A stretch of DNA of 64,000 nt from Anaeromyxobacteraceae bacterium. Its GTDB lineage: Bacteria; Myxococcota; Myxococcia; Myxococcales; Anaeromyxobacteraceae. Shown here piece after piece: positions 1 to 12,226 of the stretch (position 1 is its first letter; every line of letters starts with the position of its first letter). The stretch lies in contig JAULAX010000017.1 of assembly GCA_032654565.1 (NCBI GenBank), forward strand, positions 512,001 to 576,000, written 5' to 3'. The notes under the pieces were generated by a model. It was not told where the DNA came from and made no database searches. It saw nothing but the letters and a program-made list of their open reading frames with translations. A program made the translations under genes and the position numbers.

Positions 1-1053
1 CAGGGTCACCTCCAGCTCGGCGCGGCCGTCGTCGAGGGAGCGCTGCTGCACGTCCTTGACCCCGCGCACGGCGTTGACCAGCACCGCCTTGAAGCCGGTG
101 AGGCGGGCGTAGTCCTCGACCCCCTTCACCACCAGGCTGACCCGCTTCATGCCCGACTGCTCGCGGCTCCAGACCTTGCCGATCTTGGCGAAGAGGTCGG
201 CGGCCAGCTGCCGTCCCGCCGCCGAGAGGGCGCCGCGGCCGGCGGTGGTCTGCTCGAACCCCTTGCCGGCCGGGCCGGTGAACTCGGTGGCGGCGATCAC
301 CTCGCCGGTGTCGGTGCGCACGGCGCGGGCCGAGACGTTGGCCACCGAGGAGTAGAAGACGCCGTTGTCGATGGCCATCTCGCCGAGCGGCTTGGCGATG
401 GCCCGGCCGACGATGACCACCTCGGCGCCGGCCAGCCTGCCGATCTCGCGGGCCTTCTGGACGTTGGGGTCGGCGCCGATGGTCTCCAGCGTCAGCTTGC
501 CGGAGAGCACCTCGGGGTCGATGAAGCTGAAGCCCGACTTCTCCATCCGGTCCATGAAGGCGTTCTCGACCACGCGCAGGTCGGCGCTGTTGCCGCCCCC
601 CTGCCACCAGCCGCTGGCCTGCGAGGCGTTGATGGCCTGCTCCGCCACCAGGGTCATGATGCGCGGCATGCCGGCGCGCCGGTAGGCGATGCCGAAGGCC
701 AGCAGGTCCTCGTCCAGCTTGGCCTCGGAGACGTCGCAGCGCAGCCTGGTCACCCAGGTGTTCCCCTCCTGCTTGTCCTCGAGGATGGTGAACTTGCGGA
801 CGTAGCCGGCCGAGTGCGAGTAGACCTTGTCGGAGAGCAGCTTGGCCTGGTCGGTCTCGGTGGCGGCGGTGACGATGGTGGTGGCCACCTGCTGGACGCA
901 GTTGCGCAGGGCGTCGTCCTTGGCGGCGGCCTTGGCGGCGAGCACGTCGTCGACCACGGCCCCCTGGCCGGTGGCCTCGGTGGTCTTGATGGTGTCTTCG
1001 GCGAGCGCCGCGGTGGAGGCGGCGAGGAGGGCGATGGCGAGGATGCGCTTCAT
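1..1053 (-). CDS. Secreted protein with FlgT N-terminal-like domain (3' end runs off the window)
   Basis: Not in the ORF track; read manually. ATG at 1053 with GGGAGAG RBS. MKRILAIALLAASTAALAEDTIKTTEATGQG...AAAKDDALRNCVQQV...SHSAGYVRKFTILE. Frame is open to base 1 and has a signal peptide. Confidence 0.7.
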   Translation of the reverse strand, partial: MKRILAIALLAASTAALAEDTIKTTEATGQGAVVDDVLAAKAAAKDDALRNCVQQVATTIVTAATETDQAKLLSDKVYSHSAGYVRKFTILEDKQEGNTWVTRLRCDVSEAKLDEDLLAFGIAYRRAGMPRIMTLVAEQAINASQASGWWQGGGNSADLRVVENAFMDRMEKSGFSFIDPEVLSGKLTLETIGADPNVQKAREIGRLAGAEVVIVGRAIAKPLGEMAIDNGVFYSSVANVSARAVRTDTGEVIAATEFTGPAGKGFEQTTAGRGALSAAGRQLAADLFAKIGKVWSREQSGMKRVSLVVKGVEDYARLTGFKAVLVNAVRGVKDVQQRSLDDGRAELEVTL

Positions 1054-1073
1054 GGCGTGGCTCTCCCGGAGTC

Positions 1074-1826
1074 CTAGTCGGTGATGATGACGACGCGCCC
1101 TTCGGCCAGGTACGTCGGCCGGGACGCGAAGGTCGCCGCGTCGGCGGCGGCCAGCACGAGATCGGTACCCTGCGCCCGGACCGCCTTGACCACCAGCGGC
1201 CGGTCCCCGAGCCGCGCGCCGAGATCGCGCTTGGCCGACTCCAGCCCGCGGGCGTAGGCGGCGACGCCGCCGGCCTTGCGGGCCGACTCGCCCAGGGCCG
1301 ACGGGCCGTAGAGCTCCTTGCCGCCCTCGTCCACCAGGCGCGGGGCCAGCGCCGGCGCCACCTTGAGGCCGGTGGCGTCGATGACCAGGGAGGTGGGGCC
1401 GGTGACGGCGGGGGCCGCGGTGGCCCGGGGCAGCACGGCGTCGCCGACCGCGTCGAGCGGGACCTCGACGTCGAGCTCGACGCCGCCGTCGGAGAAGTAG
1501 CGGGTGGCCACGGTGCGGAAGCCGCGCACCGCCCCCTCCACCGAGCCCTTGACGGCGTTGTCGGCGCCGATGGCGCCGGCGATGGTCTGCGTGCCGCTCA
1601 CGGTGACGCCCTTCATCACCTCCAGGCAGTTCCGCAGGGCGTCGAGCTTGGCCGCCTTCTCGGCGCCGATGCGGGCCACGGCGACGTTGCCCCCGGCGTC
1701 CTTGAGGTTGGGGGCGCCGCTGCCGGAGCAGCGGGCGACGCGCTTCTGCCAGTCGACCCCGCCGGCGTCAGCGAGCGCGGTGGCCGGGATGGCGGCGGCG
1801 ACGGCGAGGATGAGAACGAACCGCAT
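1074..1826 (-). CDS. LPP20-like secreted protein
   Basis: Signal peptide; ARIGAEKAAKLDALRN and TSLVIDATGL...PALAPRLVDEGG motifs; GGAGG RBS; co-oriented with the FlgT-like gene. Confidence 0.6.
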   Translation of the reverse strand: MRFVLILAVAAAIPATALADAGGVDWQKRVARCSGSGAPNLKDAGGNVAVARIGAEKAAKLDALRNCLEVMKGVTVSGTQTIAGAIGADNAVKGSVEGAVRGFRTVATRYFSDGGVELDVEVPLDAVGDAVLPRATAAPAVTGPTSLVIDATGLKVAPALAPRLVDEGGKELYGPSALGESARKAGGVAAYARGLESAKRDLGARLGDRPLVVKAVRAQGTDLVLAAADAATFASRPTYLAEGRVVIITD

Positions 1827-1973
1827 GGAGACCTCCTCGAAGTTGTTGGGCGCGCCCGGGTGCGGCGGGGCGGCCTTGACGATGGTCAGACTACCAGCGC
1901 CACCACGGGCCTGCTGTGATGGATGTCACCAAAAGGCGGGGGGCCCCTACCGGGGCGTCCGGGGTGGAGCCAA

Positions 1974-2714
1974 CTACTCTGGGACGGGCCTGGAGGGCGT
2001 CCATTCATCGCGCCGGGCCCGCAGCGCCACCAGCGCCTCGACCGTCCCGGCCCTCAGGAAGGGGTTGATGGCCCGCTCGTCGTCCAGCGTCGACGGCGCC
2101 GGCTCCTCGCCGTCCCGCCGCGCCGCCCGCACCGCCTCCAGCCGGGCCCGGGTCGCGACCGAGGCCGGATCGAGCTCCAGCGCGAACGGCAGGGTGGCCA
2201 GCGCGTAGTCGTGGCCCGGGTGCACGGCCAGCGCGCCGTCGAGCCGGCCCACCACCCCGAGCAGCGTCGCCGCCAGCCGGCGCGGGTCGCCGCCGTTCCG
2301 GCAGTTGCCGCAGCCGGCCCAGAAGAGCGTGTCGCCGGTGAGCAGCCGGCCCCGCCACTCCAGCAGCACCGAGCCGGGGGTGTGGCCGGGGGCCTCGTGC
2401 ACCCGGACCGTCAGCGCGCCGAGGCGCAGCTCCCGCCGCCCCGCCAGGTCCTGGTCGGGCGCGAACCAGCCAGCGTCGGCGCCGTGGCCGATCACCGTGG
2501 CCCCGAGCCGGGCCCGCAGCGCCGCCGAGCCGCCGGTGTGGTCGGCGTGGCCGTGGGTGTGGATGATCCAGCGCGGCGTCACGCCGTGGGCCGCCGCCAC
2601 CGCCAGCGCCACCGCCGGATCCCCGGGGTCGACCAGCGCCGCGTCGGCCCCCTCGGCCAGCAGGTAGAGGTAGTTGTCGGCGCGGTAGCGGGCCCGGGCG
2701 AAGGCGGCGGTCAC
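1974..2714 (-). CDS. gloB: Hydroxyacylglutathione hydrolase (glyoxalase II-like, MBL fold)
   Basis: DNYLYLL, THGHADH, PGHT, GDTLF, PGHDY, PSTLDDERAINPFLR. GTG start overlaps the upstream stop (GTGA). Confidence 0.8.
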   Translation of the reverse strand: MTAAFARARYRADNYLYLLAEGADAALVDPGDPAVALAVAAAHGVTPRWIIHTHGHADHTGGSAALRARLGATVIGHGADAGWFAPDQDLAGRRELRLGALTVRVHEAPGHTPGSVLLEWRGRLLTGDTLFWAGCGNCRNGGDPRRLAATLLGVVGRLDGALAVHPGHDYALATLPFALELDPASVATRARLEAVRAARRDGEEPAPSTLDDERAINPFLRAGTVEALVALRARRDEWTPSRPVPE

Positions 2715-3100
2715 GGCGCCTCCTCGGGGTGGTGCGAGAGCCCCACCCGGTTCCCCTCGGGATCGCGCAGGTAGAGCGTCCAGCGGGTCCGCTGCACCAC
2801 CTCGACGCCGGCGGCCGCCAGCCGCTGCTCCCAGGCGGCCCGCTGCCCGGGGTCGATGCGGAGCGCCACCAGGTGCAGGCCGGCGCGCCCCTCGCTCCAC
2901 GGCCGGTCCGGCGGCGCCTCGCCGGCCCGCTCCAGCGCCAGGAAGGTCCCCTCCCCCAGCCCCAGCCAGACGCTCCGTTCGCGCCCCTCCGCGTCCGCCC
3001 CCCGCCGCACCACCGGCAGCCCGAGCAGGTCGCGGTAGAACCGCTCGCACGATCCCAGGTCGGCGCACTGGATCGCCAGGTGGTGGAAGCCGCGGACCAT
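2711..3100 (-). CDS. VOC/glyoxalase family protein
   Basis: MVRGFHHLAI...ERFYRDLLGL...LHLVAL...LYLRDPEGNRVGL; true start 3100 lies inside the longer track ORF. Confidence 0.85.
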   Translation of the reverse strand: MVRGFHHLAIQCADLGSCERFYRDLLGLPVVRRGADAEGRERSVWLGLGEGTFLALERAGEAPPDRPWSEGRAGLHLVALRIDPGQRAAWEQRLAAAGVEVVQRTRWTLYLRDPEGNRVGLSHHPEEAP

Positions 3101-3172
3101 CCCGCGAGGGTAGCCCCACCATTCCGGGCGCGCCACCCGGGACGCCTGATGGGCGCGTGCTACCATCCCGGC

Positions 3173-4495
3173 GTGGCGGCACCGCTCGCTGGAAAACGGC
3201 TGTTGATCGTCGTCGAGGACTCCGCCCTGGCCGAGCTGCTGGCCGAGGCGTCGAGCCGTCTGGGAGCCGAGGTCGAGGTGGCCACCACCGGCCGCGCCGC
3301 CCTGGCGGCGCTCCATCGGCCGCCCCTGCCCCAGGTCGCCATCATCGACCTGCCGCTGGCCGACGTCCGGGGCCGCGAGGTGATCGGCGCCATGCGCGAC
3401 GCCGGGGTGCCGGTGATCGGCCTCTCCGGGGTCTTCCGCGGACCGCAGGCGGCCGGCGAGGTGCTGCGGCTCGGGGCCGCCGACTTCTTCGAGAAGCCGT
3501 TCCCGGTGCTGGCGCTGATGGCGCGCGCGGCCCGGCTGATGGGGGCGGCGCTGCCGGGCCTGGAGGAGCCGGAGGACGAGGTCACCGGCGCCATCCCGCT
3601 CGGCCCGGCCCTGGCGGCCGGCCAGCCCATCCCCGACGACCCCTTCCTGGCCATGGCCCTGCAGGGCGATCCCGAGGCCCCGCCCTCCTCGCCAATCCCC
3701 TCCCTGGCCGCGCCGCTCCCCAGCACCTCGCCGTCGACGCCCCCCGCGCCCCGGGCCGCCGCCCCGGCCCGCCAGGGCGACCTGGCCCGGGCCGGCGTAC
3801 CGCGCCTGCTGGTGGCGCTGCACCAGGCCCAGGCCACCGGCGCCCTCACCCTCACCCGCGGCGCGGTGAAGAAGATCGTCCTGGTGGAGAAGGGGGCCCC
3901 GGTCTACGCCGCCTCCAACGTCGGCGGCGAGCGGTTCGGCGCCATCTGCGTGCGGCGCGGGCTGGTCACCGCCGAGGCGCTGGACCAGCTGCGCCGGGCC
4001 GGGCCGGGGGAGCGGAACGGCGACCTGCTGGAGAAGGCCGGCCGGCTGACGCGCCGCAGCCGCCTCGAGCTGGTGTCCGCCCAGGTGCGGGCCATCGCCT
4101 GGTCGACCTTCGAGTGGAGCGAGGGGACCTACGCCTTCCAGCTGGCCCGGCCGCCCCCCGGGATCTTCCCCCTCGGGCTCTCCATGGCCGACCTGCTGCT
4201 GGAGGGGATGGTGCGGGCCTCCACCCTCCCCCGCCTGGTCACCGACCTGCCCGCCGACCTGCACCTGGCGCCGGCGCCGGAGCCCGGCTTCGAGCTCTAC
4301 GCGCTCGGGCTCCGCCCCGCCGAGGCCCACCTGCTCTCCCTGTGCGACGGGACCAAGAGCGTCCTCGACCTGGCGGCCCTCTCCCGCCTCCCGGAGCGCG
4401 AGTCGCTCGCCTTCTTGCAGGCCCTGCGGGTGATGCGGGTGCTCGACGACGTGGCGCGGGTCATGTCCGGCACCGCCCGCATCGGCTTCATGTAG
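3173..4495 (+). CDS. Response regulator with C-terminal DUF4388/PATAN-like domain
   Basis: N-terminal receiver (IIDLPL, ADFFEKPF), Pro-rich linker, then GDLA...LLVALHQAQATGALTL...FEWSEGTYAF. Start position approximate. Confidence 0.75.
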   Translation: MAAPLAGKRLLIVVEDSALAELLAEASSRLGAEVEVATTGRAALAALHRPPLPQVAIIDLPLADVRGREVIGAMRDAGVPVIGLSGVFRGPQAAGEVLRLGAADFFEKPFPVLALMARAARLMGAALPGLEEPEDEVTGAIPLGPALAAGQPIPDDPFLAMALQGDPEAPPSSPIPSLAAPLPSTSPSTPPAPRAAAPARQGDLARAGVPRLLVALHQAQATGALTLTRGAVKKIVLVEKGAPVYAASNVGGERFGAICVRRGLVTAEALDQLRRAGPGERNGDLLEKAGRLTRRSRLELVSAQVRAIAWSTFEWSEGTYAFQLARPPPGIFPLGLSMADLLLEGMVRASTLPRLVTDLPADLHLAPAPEPGFELYALGLRPAEAHLLSLCDGTKSVLDLAALSRLPERESLAFLQALRVMRVLDDVARVMSGTARIGFM

Positions 4496-4571
4496 GGCTC
4501 CGGCCGGGGCCGGCTTGCGGTTTCGGGGTCCGGGCGGCTATACAGGCCGCCCTCAGAGGACCCAGAAGCCC

Positions 4572-6419
<1,848 letters not shown>

Positions 6420-6511
6420 GCCGTCGAGGTGGCCGGCGCCACGCCCGGACCGTGGTGCCTGCTGGAGCACTCCTCTATGCTCTGCGCTCCCCGGCAACCC
6501 CGGAGCCTTGA

Positions 6512-7687
6512 ATGAGCCCGCAACCCCCGGCGGCGTCGGCCCCGAGCGACGACCAGTTCGACGTCTCGGTCGTCATCCCCTGCCTCGACGAGGTGAAGAC
6601 CCTCGGGGCGGTGGTCCAGAAGGCCCGCGCCGCCTTCGATCGGCTGCGGATCCGGGGGGAGGTGGTGGTGGCCGACAACGGCTCCACCGACGGCTCCATC
6701 GAGCTGGCCGAGCGACTCGGGGCCCGGGTGGTCCGGGCGGCGGCGCGCGGATATGGCAATGCCTTGCGCAGCGGCATGGCTGCCGCCGAAGGGCGCCTGC
6801 TCATCATGGGCGACGCCGACGACACCTACGACTTCGGCGAGATGGACCGGTTCATCGAGCAGCACCGGGCCGGCGCCGACTTCGTGATGGGGACCCGGCT
6901 GCCGCCCGGCACCATCCTCCCCGGCGCCAACCCCTGGCTCAACCGCAACCTGGGGACCCCGGTCCTCACCTTCGTGCTCAACCGCCTCTTCGGGACCCGC
7001 ATCCGCGACGTCAACTGCGGGTTGAGGGCCATCGACCGGGAGAAGTTCCGCGACCTGAGGCTGGTGAGCGAGGGGATGGAGTTCGCCTCGGAGATGCTGA
7101 TCAAGGCAGCGGTGCACGACCTGCGCGTCGCCGAGGTGCCGGTCACGCTCCACCCCGACCGGCGCGGCCGGCCACCGCACCTGCGACGGTGGCGCGACGG
7201 CTGGCGCCACCTCGAGTTCATGCTGCTTCACGCCCCGGACCAGCTGCTCTTCATGCCCGGCGTGGCGCTGCTGGCGCTCGGCCTGCTGGCAGCGGTGCCG
7301 GTCAGCGCCGGGCCGGCGCACTACTTCGGCCGGGTCTTCGACTTCCACTTCCTCTTCCTCGGCGGCTCGATGGCGCTGATCGGGCTGCAGGGCATCCTCG
7401 GCGCCATGCTGGTGCGCGACGTGGCCCGCGGCCGGGTGCTCCGGCCCAACCGGCTGCTCTCGGCCATGGCCGATGGGCTGACGCTCCGGCTCGGCCTGCT
7501 CATCGGCGCCGCGATCTTCACCGCCGGCCTGCTGGCCGACGTGCTGGTGCTGGTGAGCTGGATCCGGGAGGGGTTCGGCGCCCTCAACGAGCCGCGCCGC
7601 AGCATCATCGGCCTGCTGCTGATGACCATCGGCGCCGAGGTGGGGCTTTTCTCGTTCCTGCACGCGGCGCTGCGCAAGCACGCCTGA
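6512..7687 (+). CDS. GT2 glycosyltransferase (polyprenol-phosphate glycosyltransferase-like) with C-terminal TM helices
   Basis: VSVVIPCLDE, DNGSTDGS, MGDADDTY, MEFASEM, RRWRDGWRHL; about 4 C-terminal TM segments. Confidence 0.9.
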   Translation: MSPQPPAASAPSDDQFDVSVVIPCLDEVKTLGAVVQKARAAFDRLRIRGEVVVADNGSTDGSIELAERLGARVVRAAARGYGNALRSGMAAAEGRLLIMGDADDTYDFGEMDRFIEQHRAGADFVMGTRLPPGTILPGANPWLNRNLGTPVLTFVLNRLFGTRIRDVNCGLRAIDREKFRDLRLVSEGMEFASEMLIKAAVHDLRVAEVPVTLHPDRRGRPPHLRRWRDGWRHLEFMLLHAPDQLLFMPGVALLALGLLAAVPVSAGPAHYFGRVFDFHFLFLGGSMALIGLQGILGAMLVRDVARGRVLRPNRLLSAMADGLTLRLGLLIGAAIFTAGLLADVLVLVSWIREGFGALNEPRRSIIGLLLMTIGAEVGLFSFLHAALRKHA

Positions 7688-7725
7688 GGTGCCACCCGCC
7701 GGGTCGGCTCCCGGCGGCCTCCGGC

Positions 7726-8349
7726 TCAGGAGCGCCGGGCGAAGAGCGCCAGGTTGTTGCGCCAGGGCCCAACGCGCGTCTCCTGCACCATCGGTCCAAA
7801 GGCCTCCCGTAGCGCCTCCCGAAGCTCGGCCGCCGTGAGGTAGGCGATCCGATCCTGGGTGATGAACCGATCTGAGAACCAGGCCACGGCGTGGATGGGG
7901 GTGGCGAGTCGCTCCCAGTCCTTGAGCACCAGCGTGCCTCCCGGGGCCACGCAGCGCCCGCAGGCCCGGAGGAAAGCGGCCCGCGCTGCGGGTGGCACGT
8001 GGTGAAGCACGTCGCAGACGATGACCAGGTCGAAGGCGGCGGGCTGCTCGGCGGCCACCTCCTCCACCGGCTGCAGGGCGAAGACCACCCCGTCGCGGCG
8101 TCCCCGGTAGAGCCGTCCCACCCTCGGCGTGAGATCGATGCCGTGGAACTCGGCCTCCGGAAAGACCCGGGCCAGCGCCTCGGTGAACTGCCCCTCCCCG
8201 GCCCCGACCTCGAGCACCCGCCGCGGCGAGACCTCGCGGGCCACCGCCGCCGCCAGCGCCTCCACGTCGAGGAAGAAGCTGCGGTAGGCACGGGCCACGG
8301 CCGGCTCGGCGGGTCCGAACAGCGAGCGGACGAGGCTGCCGATCGACAT
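7726..8349 (-). CDS. Class I SAM-dependent methyltransferase
   Basis: VLEVGAGEG, FDLVIVCDVLHH, PGGTLV. Confidence 0.85.
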   Translation of the reverse strand: MSIGSLVRSLFGPAEPAVARAYRSFFLDVEALAAAVAREVSPRRVLEVGAGEGQFTEALARVFPEAEFHGIDLTPRVGRLYRGRRDGVVFALQPVEEVAAEQPAAFDLVIVCDVLHHVPPAARAAFLRACGRCVAPGGTLVLKDWERLATPIHAVAWFSDRFITQDRIAYLTAAELREALREAFGPMVQETRVGPWRNNLALFARRS

Positions 8350-8450
8350 GGTGCCGAGGCTACCACGCCGTGCCGCGGCCCCTCTCCATCGGCCCGCACT
8401 TCGGCGGAAGCGCTTGGGACCCCCGCGGCGTGACGCTAGGATGCGCGCCG

Positions 8451-9419
8451 ATGCCAGCCCTCCTCTCGGTGGTGATGCCCACCCACAACGGCGAGCGGTA
8501 TGTGGCCGCCGCGATCGGGAGCCTGCTGGAGCAGCGCGACGACGGCCTGGAGCTGGTGGTGGTCGACGACGGCTCCAGCGACGGCACCGTCGAGCTGGTT
8601 GAGCGGCTCACCCGCGGGACCCCGACCCGCCTGCTGCGACCGGGCCGGCTCGGCAGCTGGGTGGCGGCCAGCAACCTCGGGCTGCGTGAGGCCCGAGGCG
8701 AGTGGGCCTGCTTCCTCCACCAGGACGATCTCTGGCTCCCCGGCCGGCTGGCGCGGCTTCGATCCGAGCTGCCGCGAGCGCCGGGGGCGCTGCTGCTCCA
8801 CCACGCCCGCTACGTCGATCCGGTCGGCGCCCCGCTGGGCGACTGGCGCTGCCCGCTCCGGGCCGGCGACCTCAGTCCCGACGACGTCCTCGAGCGACTG
8901 CTGGTCCAGAACTTCGTCGCCATGCCCTCGCCCGCTTTCCGCCGGGCCGCCGCCCTGGAGCAGGGTGGGCTCGACGAGCGGCTCTGGTTCAGCGCCGACT
9001 GGGACCTCTGGCTGCGCCTCGCCGCCGCCGGGCCGGTCCGGGTCCTCGACGAGACACTGGCCTCCTTCCGGCTCCACCCGGAGTCCCAGACGGCGGCGCG
9101 CCCGGTCGCGGCTGGGGAGTGGGCCGCCCAGCTCGGCGCGGTGCTGGACCGGCACCTGGCCGCCTGGCGGGCCACGGGCGCCAGGCGGCGGAGGGTCGAG
9201 AGCGCTGCCCGGGCCTCCGTGGCCGTCAACGCCTCGCTGGCCGCCAGGGCCCGTGGAGCCCCGGCCCACTTCGGCCCGCTGCTCTGGCAGCTGGCGGCGC
9301 TCGGCCCCGCCGGCTGGCACCGCTACCTGCGCGACTCCCGCCTCGTCGAGCGGGTTGGAGCCCGGCTCAGGCTGCGCCGCAGGCTCGCCGCCTCCTCACG
9401 CCCCACCCCGAGGAGCTGA
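8451..9419 (+). CDS. GT2 glycosyltransferase
   Basis: SVVMPTHNGERY, VVDDGSSDGT, FLHQDD, ADWDLWLR. Confidence 0.9.
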   Translation: MPALLSVVMPTHNGERYVAAAIGSLLEQRDDGLELVVVDDGSSDGTVELVERLTRGTPTRLLRPGRLGSWVAASNLGLREARGEWACFLHQDDLWLPGRLARLRSELPRAPGALLLHHARYVDPVGAPLGDWRCPLRAGDLSPDDVLERLLVQNFVAMPSPAFRRAAALEQGGLDERLWFSADWDLWLRLAAAGPVRVLDETLASFRLHPESQTAARPVAAGEWAAQLGAVLDRHLAAWRATGARRRRVESAARASVAVNASLAARARGAPAHFGPLLWQLAALGPAGWHRYLRDSRLVERVGARLRLRRRLAASSRPTPRS

Positions 9420-9420
9420 C

Positions 9421-10404
9421 GTGGACCTCCTCCCCGAAGCGATCGCCTGCCCGCTCTGCCAGGGCCCCGCGCCGGTCCTCAACCCGGCCCACCCCGGGTA
9501 CCAGGCCGGAGAGACCTGGCGCGTGGCCGAGTGCGGCCGCTGCGACGTCCAGTTCGCGGCGCCGCTCAGGCCGGGCGAGGCCATCTACGATCGCATCTAC
9601 CAGCACGCCAGGACGCTCCCGGGATACTCCCGCTACGCCTGGTACGCCTCGCAGGTCGCCGCGCAGCCCCGACCGCTGGAGTGGCTGGCCGCCCAGGAGG
9701 AGATGTATGCCTTCATCGCCGCCGAGCTGGCGCTCCGCGGACCGGACCGGACCGGCCGGGTGCTGGAGGTCGGCAGCGGGTTCGGCTACCTCACCTTCGC
9801 GCTGCACGCCGCCGGCTACCAGGTGCGGGGACTGGAGCTCTCCTCCCGGGCGGTGGAGGCGGCCCGGGACCGCTTCGGCGATCTCTACGCCGTGCACGAC
9901 ATCAGCCGCGCCGATCCGGGCGTCGATGGCGCCGACGTGGTGGTCATGACCGAGGTGCTGGAGCACGTCACCGATCCCGCGGCCCTGATCGCCTCCCTCG
10001 CCCGGCTGCTCCGGCCCGGCGGCACCGCGCTCGTCACCACCCCCAACAAGTCGGCGGCGCCGCGGAATGCCTACTGGCTCACCGACAACCCGCCGGTCCA
10101 CCTCTGGTGGTTCTCCGAGACCACCCTCCGCCAGCTCGGCGCCAGGGCTGGACTGCAGGTCTCCTTCGGGGTCACGGCGCCGAGATCGGTGCGCCCCGCC
10201 CTTCCCTCCTACTTCGACGCCGCCGGTCGCCAAATCCATCCTTCGCCGCTGGTCCGTTCCCTCCTGCTCCGCTTCCCCTCCGTGCTCCATCACGTCGCGG
10301 CGCTGCTCAGGACCCGTCGCCAGCGGCGGACCGCCCGGGCCGGGGCCTCCGAGCGCCACGGCTCGATGTGCGTGGTGCTGCGCAAGCCAGGAGGTGATGC
10401 GTGA
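9421..10404 (+). CDS. Class I SAM-dependent methyltransferase with N-terminal zinc ribbon
   Basis: CPLC...CGRC, VLEVGSGFG, EVLEHV, LRPGG, PPVHLWWFS; GTG start after GAGGAG. Confidence 0.85.
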   Translation: MDLLPEAIACPLCQGPAPVLNPAHPGYQAGETWRVAECGRCDVQFAAPLRPGEAIYDRIYQHARTLPGYSRYAWYASQVAAQPRPLEWLAAQEEMYAFIAAELALRGPDRTGRVLEVGSGFGYLTFALHAAGYQVRGLELSSRAVEAARDRFGDLYAVHDISRADPGVDGADVVVMTEVLEHVTDPAALIASLARLLRPGGTALVTTPNKSAAPRNAYWLTDNPPVHLWWFSETTLRQLGARAGLQVSFGVTAPRSVRPALPSYFDAAGRQIHPSPLVRSLLLRFPSVLHHVAALLRTRRQRRTARAGASERHGSMCVVLRKPGGDA

Positions 10405-11774
10405 GCCGGGCCAGGAAGACCGTCGAAGACAACCACGGCGGCGCCGGAGGAGAGCTGACCGCGCCCTTCTGGACGAGGCCGCGCCAGGCCTGCGCGGTGA
10501 TCGCCCTGCTCGGGACGGCGCTGGCGGTGGCGACCTACTGGCCCGGCTACATGAGCGAGGACTCCTTCATCCAGCTCGGGCAGGCCCGCTCCGGCGACTA
10601 CACGGCGCACCACCCGCCACTCATGGCGCTCTTCTGGAAGCCGCTCGACGCCATCCTGCCGGGCCCAGGCCTGCTGCTGGTCCTGCAGGCGGCGCTGGCC
10701 TGGAGCGGCGCCGCCCTGTTCATGTCGCTGGCATTCCGCGGCTGGGGCGGGCCGGTGGCGCTGCTGGCCTTCTGTCTCTGGCCCACCGTCTTCTCCTACC
10801 TCGGCACCATGTGGAAGGACGTCCAGCTCGGCGTCGCGCTGCTCTGGGGCTGCGCCCTCACGCTGGGCGCGGAGAGGCTCGGATGGCGCCGCGCCCTCTG
10901 GATTGCCCCCGCCGCGTTCTTCTACGGCGCGGCCGTCCGCCTCAACGGGCTCACCGCCATCCTCCCGCTGACCGCCTGGTGGGGATGGGTCCTGGCCGGG
11001 CAGCTCGGCCGGCGCCGTCGGCTCCTGTTCGGCGTCCTGGCGGGCCTGGCGCTCACCATCGGGATCTGGGCAGGCATCAAGGGGGTCAACGGCTGGCTCA
11101 CCCGGGACCACCCCATCCCCCCGCCCGAGCAGGCCCTCTACATCCATGATCTCGTCGGGCTGACCGGAGCCACCGGCCAGGTGCTGGTTCCGGACTACGT
11201 CTTGCGCCAGCCGGAGGCCCGTTCGATCCGGTGGCTCCTCAAGCTCTGGTACCCGCACAGCCTGGTGCCGATCTTCTTCGACCCCGGCAACCTCAGGCTC
11301 TCCAGCGACCCGGAGCAGCTGGCCACGCTGCGGAGCGCCTGGCTGCGCGCCGTGAGCGACAACCCCGGCATCTACTTCCGCCACCGCATGATCATGTTCG
11401 AGTACCTGCTCGGCGCCAACACGCCGCTGGTCCACTACCCGTTCCACGACGGGATGGTGAAGAACGACCTCGGCTTCACCTTCCAGCGCTCCGCGCTCAA
11501 CCAGGCGGTGATGGCCAGGCTCCATGCCGTCCAGGACTCGCTCTTCTTCCGGGGGTGGGCCTACCTGGTCGTGGTCACCGCGCTCGGGGCCCTGGGGCTG
11601 CTGCTGCGCCGGCTCGATGCCGCCGGAGTCGCGCTCTGCGCCAGCGCCCTGGCCTACGCCCTGCCCTACATCCCGACCTGCCCGGCCGGCGACTTCCGCT
11701 ACCTCTGGTGGACGGTGCTGGCCACGCTGCTGACGGCCGCGACCTTGATGGCGGCCCGGGGCCACCCGCAATAG
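10401..11774 (+). CDS. Polytopic membrane protein, probable GT-C glycosyltransferase
   Basis: About 10 TM helices; WPGYMSEDS acidic first loop, HHPP, WKDV, DFRY. Confidence 0.6.
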   Translation: MSRARKTVEDNHGGAGGELTAPFWTRPRQACAVIALLGTALAVATYWPGYMSEDSFIQLGQARSGDYTAHHPPLMALFWKPLDAILPGPGLLLVLQAALAWSGAALFMSLAFRGWGGPVALLAFCLWPTVFSYLGTMWKDVQLGVALLWGCALTLGAERLGWRRALWIAPAAFFYGAAVRLNGLTAILPLTAWWGWVLAGQLGRRRRLLFGVLAGLALTIGIWAGIKGVNGWLTRDHPIPPPEQALYIHDLVGLTGATGQVLVPDYVLRQPEARSIRWLLKLWYPHSLVPIFFDPGNLRLSSDPEQLATLRSAWLRAVSDNPGIYFRHRMIMFEYLLGANTPLVHYPFHDGMVKNDLGFTFQRSALNQAVMARLHAVQDSLFFRGWAYLVVVTALGALGLLLRRLDAAGVALCASALAYALPYIPTCPAGDFRYLWWTVLATLLTAATLMAARGHPQ

Positions 11775-11819
11775 GCGCCGGGCGGCGTCCAGATGGGGAA
11801 CGCTCCGGCAGGGCCGCCC

Positions 11820-12188
11820 TCACCCGCCCCGCACCACCAGCCAGACGCCCGCGGCGATCACCAGCGTCCCGGCGATCCGCTGCGGGCCGATGGGCTCCCC
11901 CAGGATCAGCGCCGAGGAGATCATCACCAGGACGATGCCGATGCCGGCCAGCGGCGTGGCGTAGGAGAGCTCGGCGCGGGAGAGGACCACGAACCAGGAG
12001 AGCGTCCCCAGTCCGGTGATGGCGACTCCCAGCCAGAGCCAGCCGCTGCGCGCCGCCACGCCGATTGCCTCGATCCAGGTCGCCCCGGCCGGGATCAGGT
12101 TGATGGCCTTCTTCATCAGGGTCTGGCCGAGGGCCCCGAGCGCGGTCACCATCAGCGCCATGGGCAGTACGAAGGCAGGGTTGTTCAC
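11820..12188 (-). CDS. EamA/SMR-like small transporter (ArnE/F-like flippase subunit)
   Basis: 122 aa, 4 TM; GQTLMK, ELSYATPL, LILGEPI...IAGTLVIAAGVWL. Confidence 0.75.
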   Translation of the reverse strand: MNNPAFVLPMALMVTALGALGQTLMKKAINLIPAGATWIEAIGVAARSGWLWLGVAITGLGTLSWFVVLSRAELSYATPLAGIGIVLVMISSALILGEPIGPQRIAGTLVIAAGVWLVVRGG

Positions 12189-12226
12189 GTGGCTTCCTCT
12201 CCGGCGGGGGCCTGCCGGCGCATGGG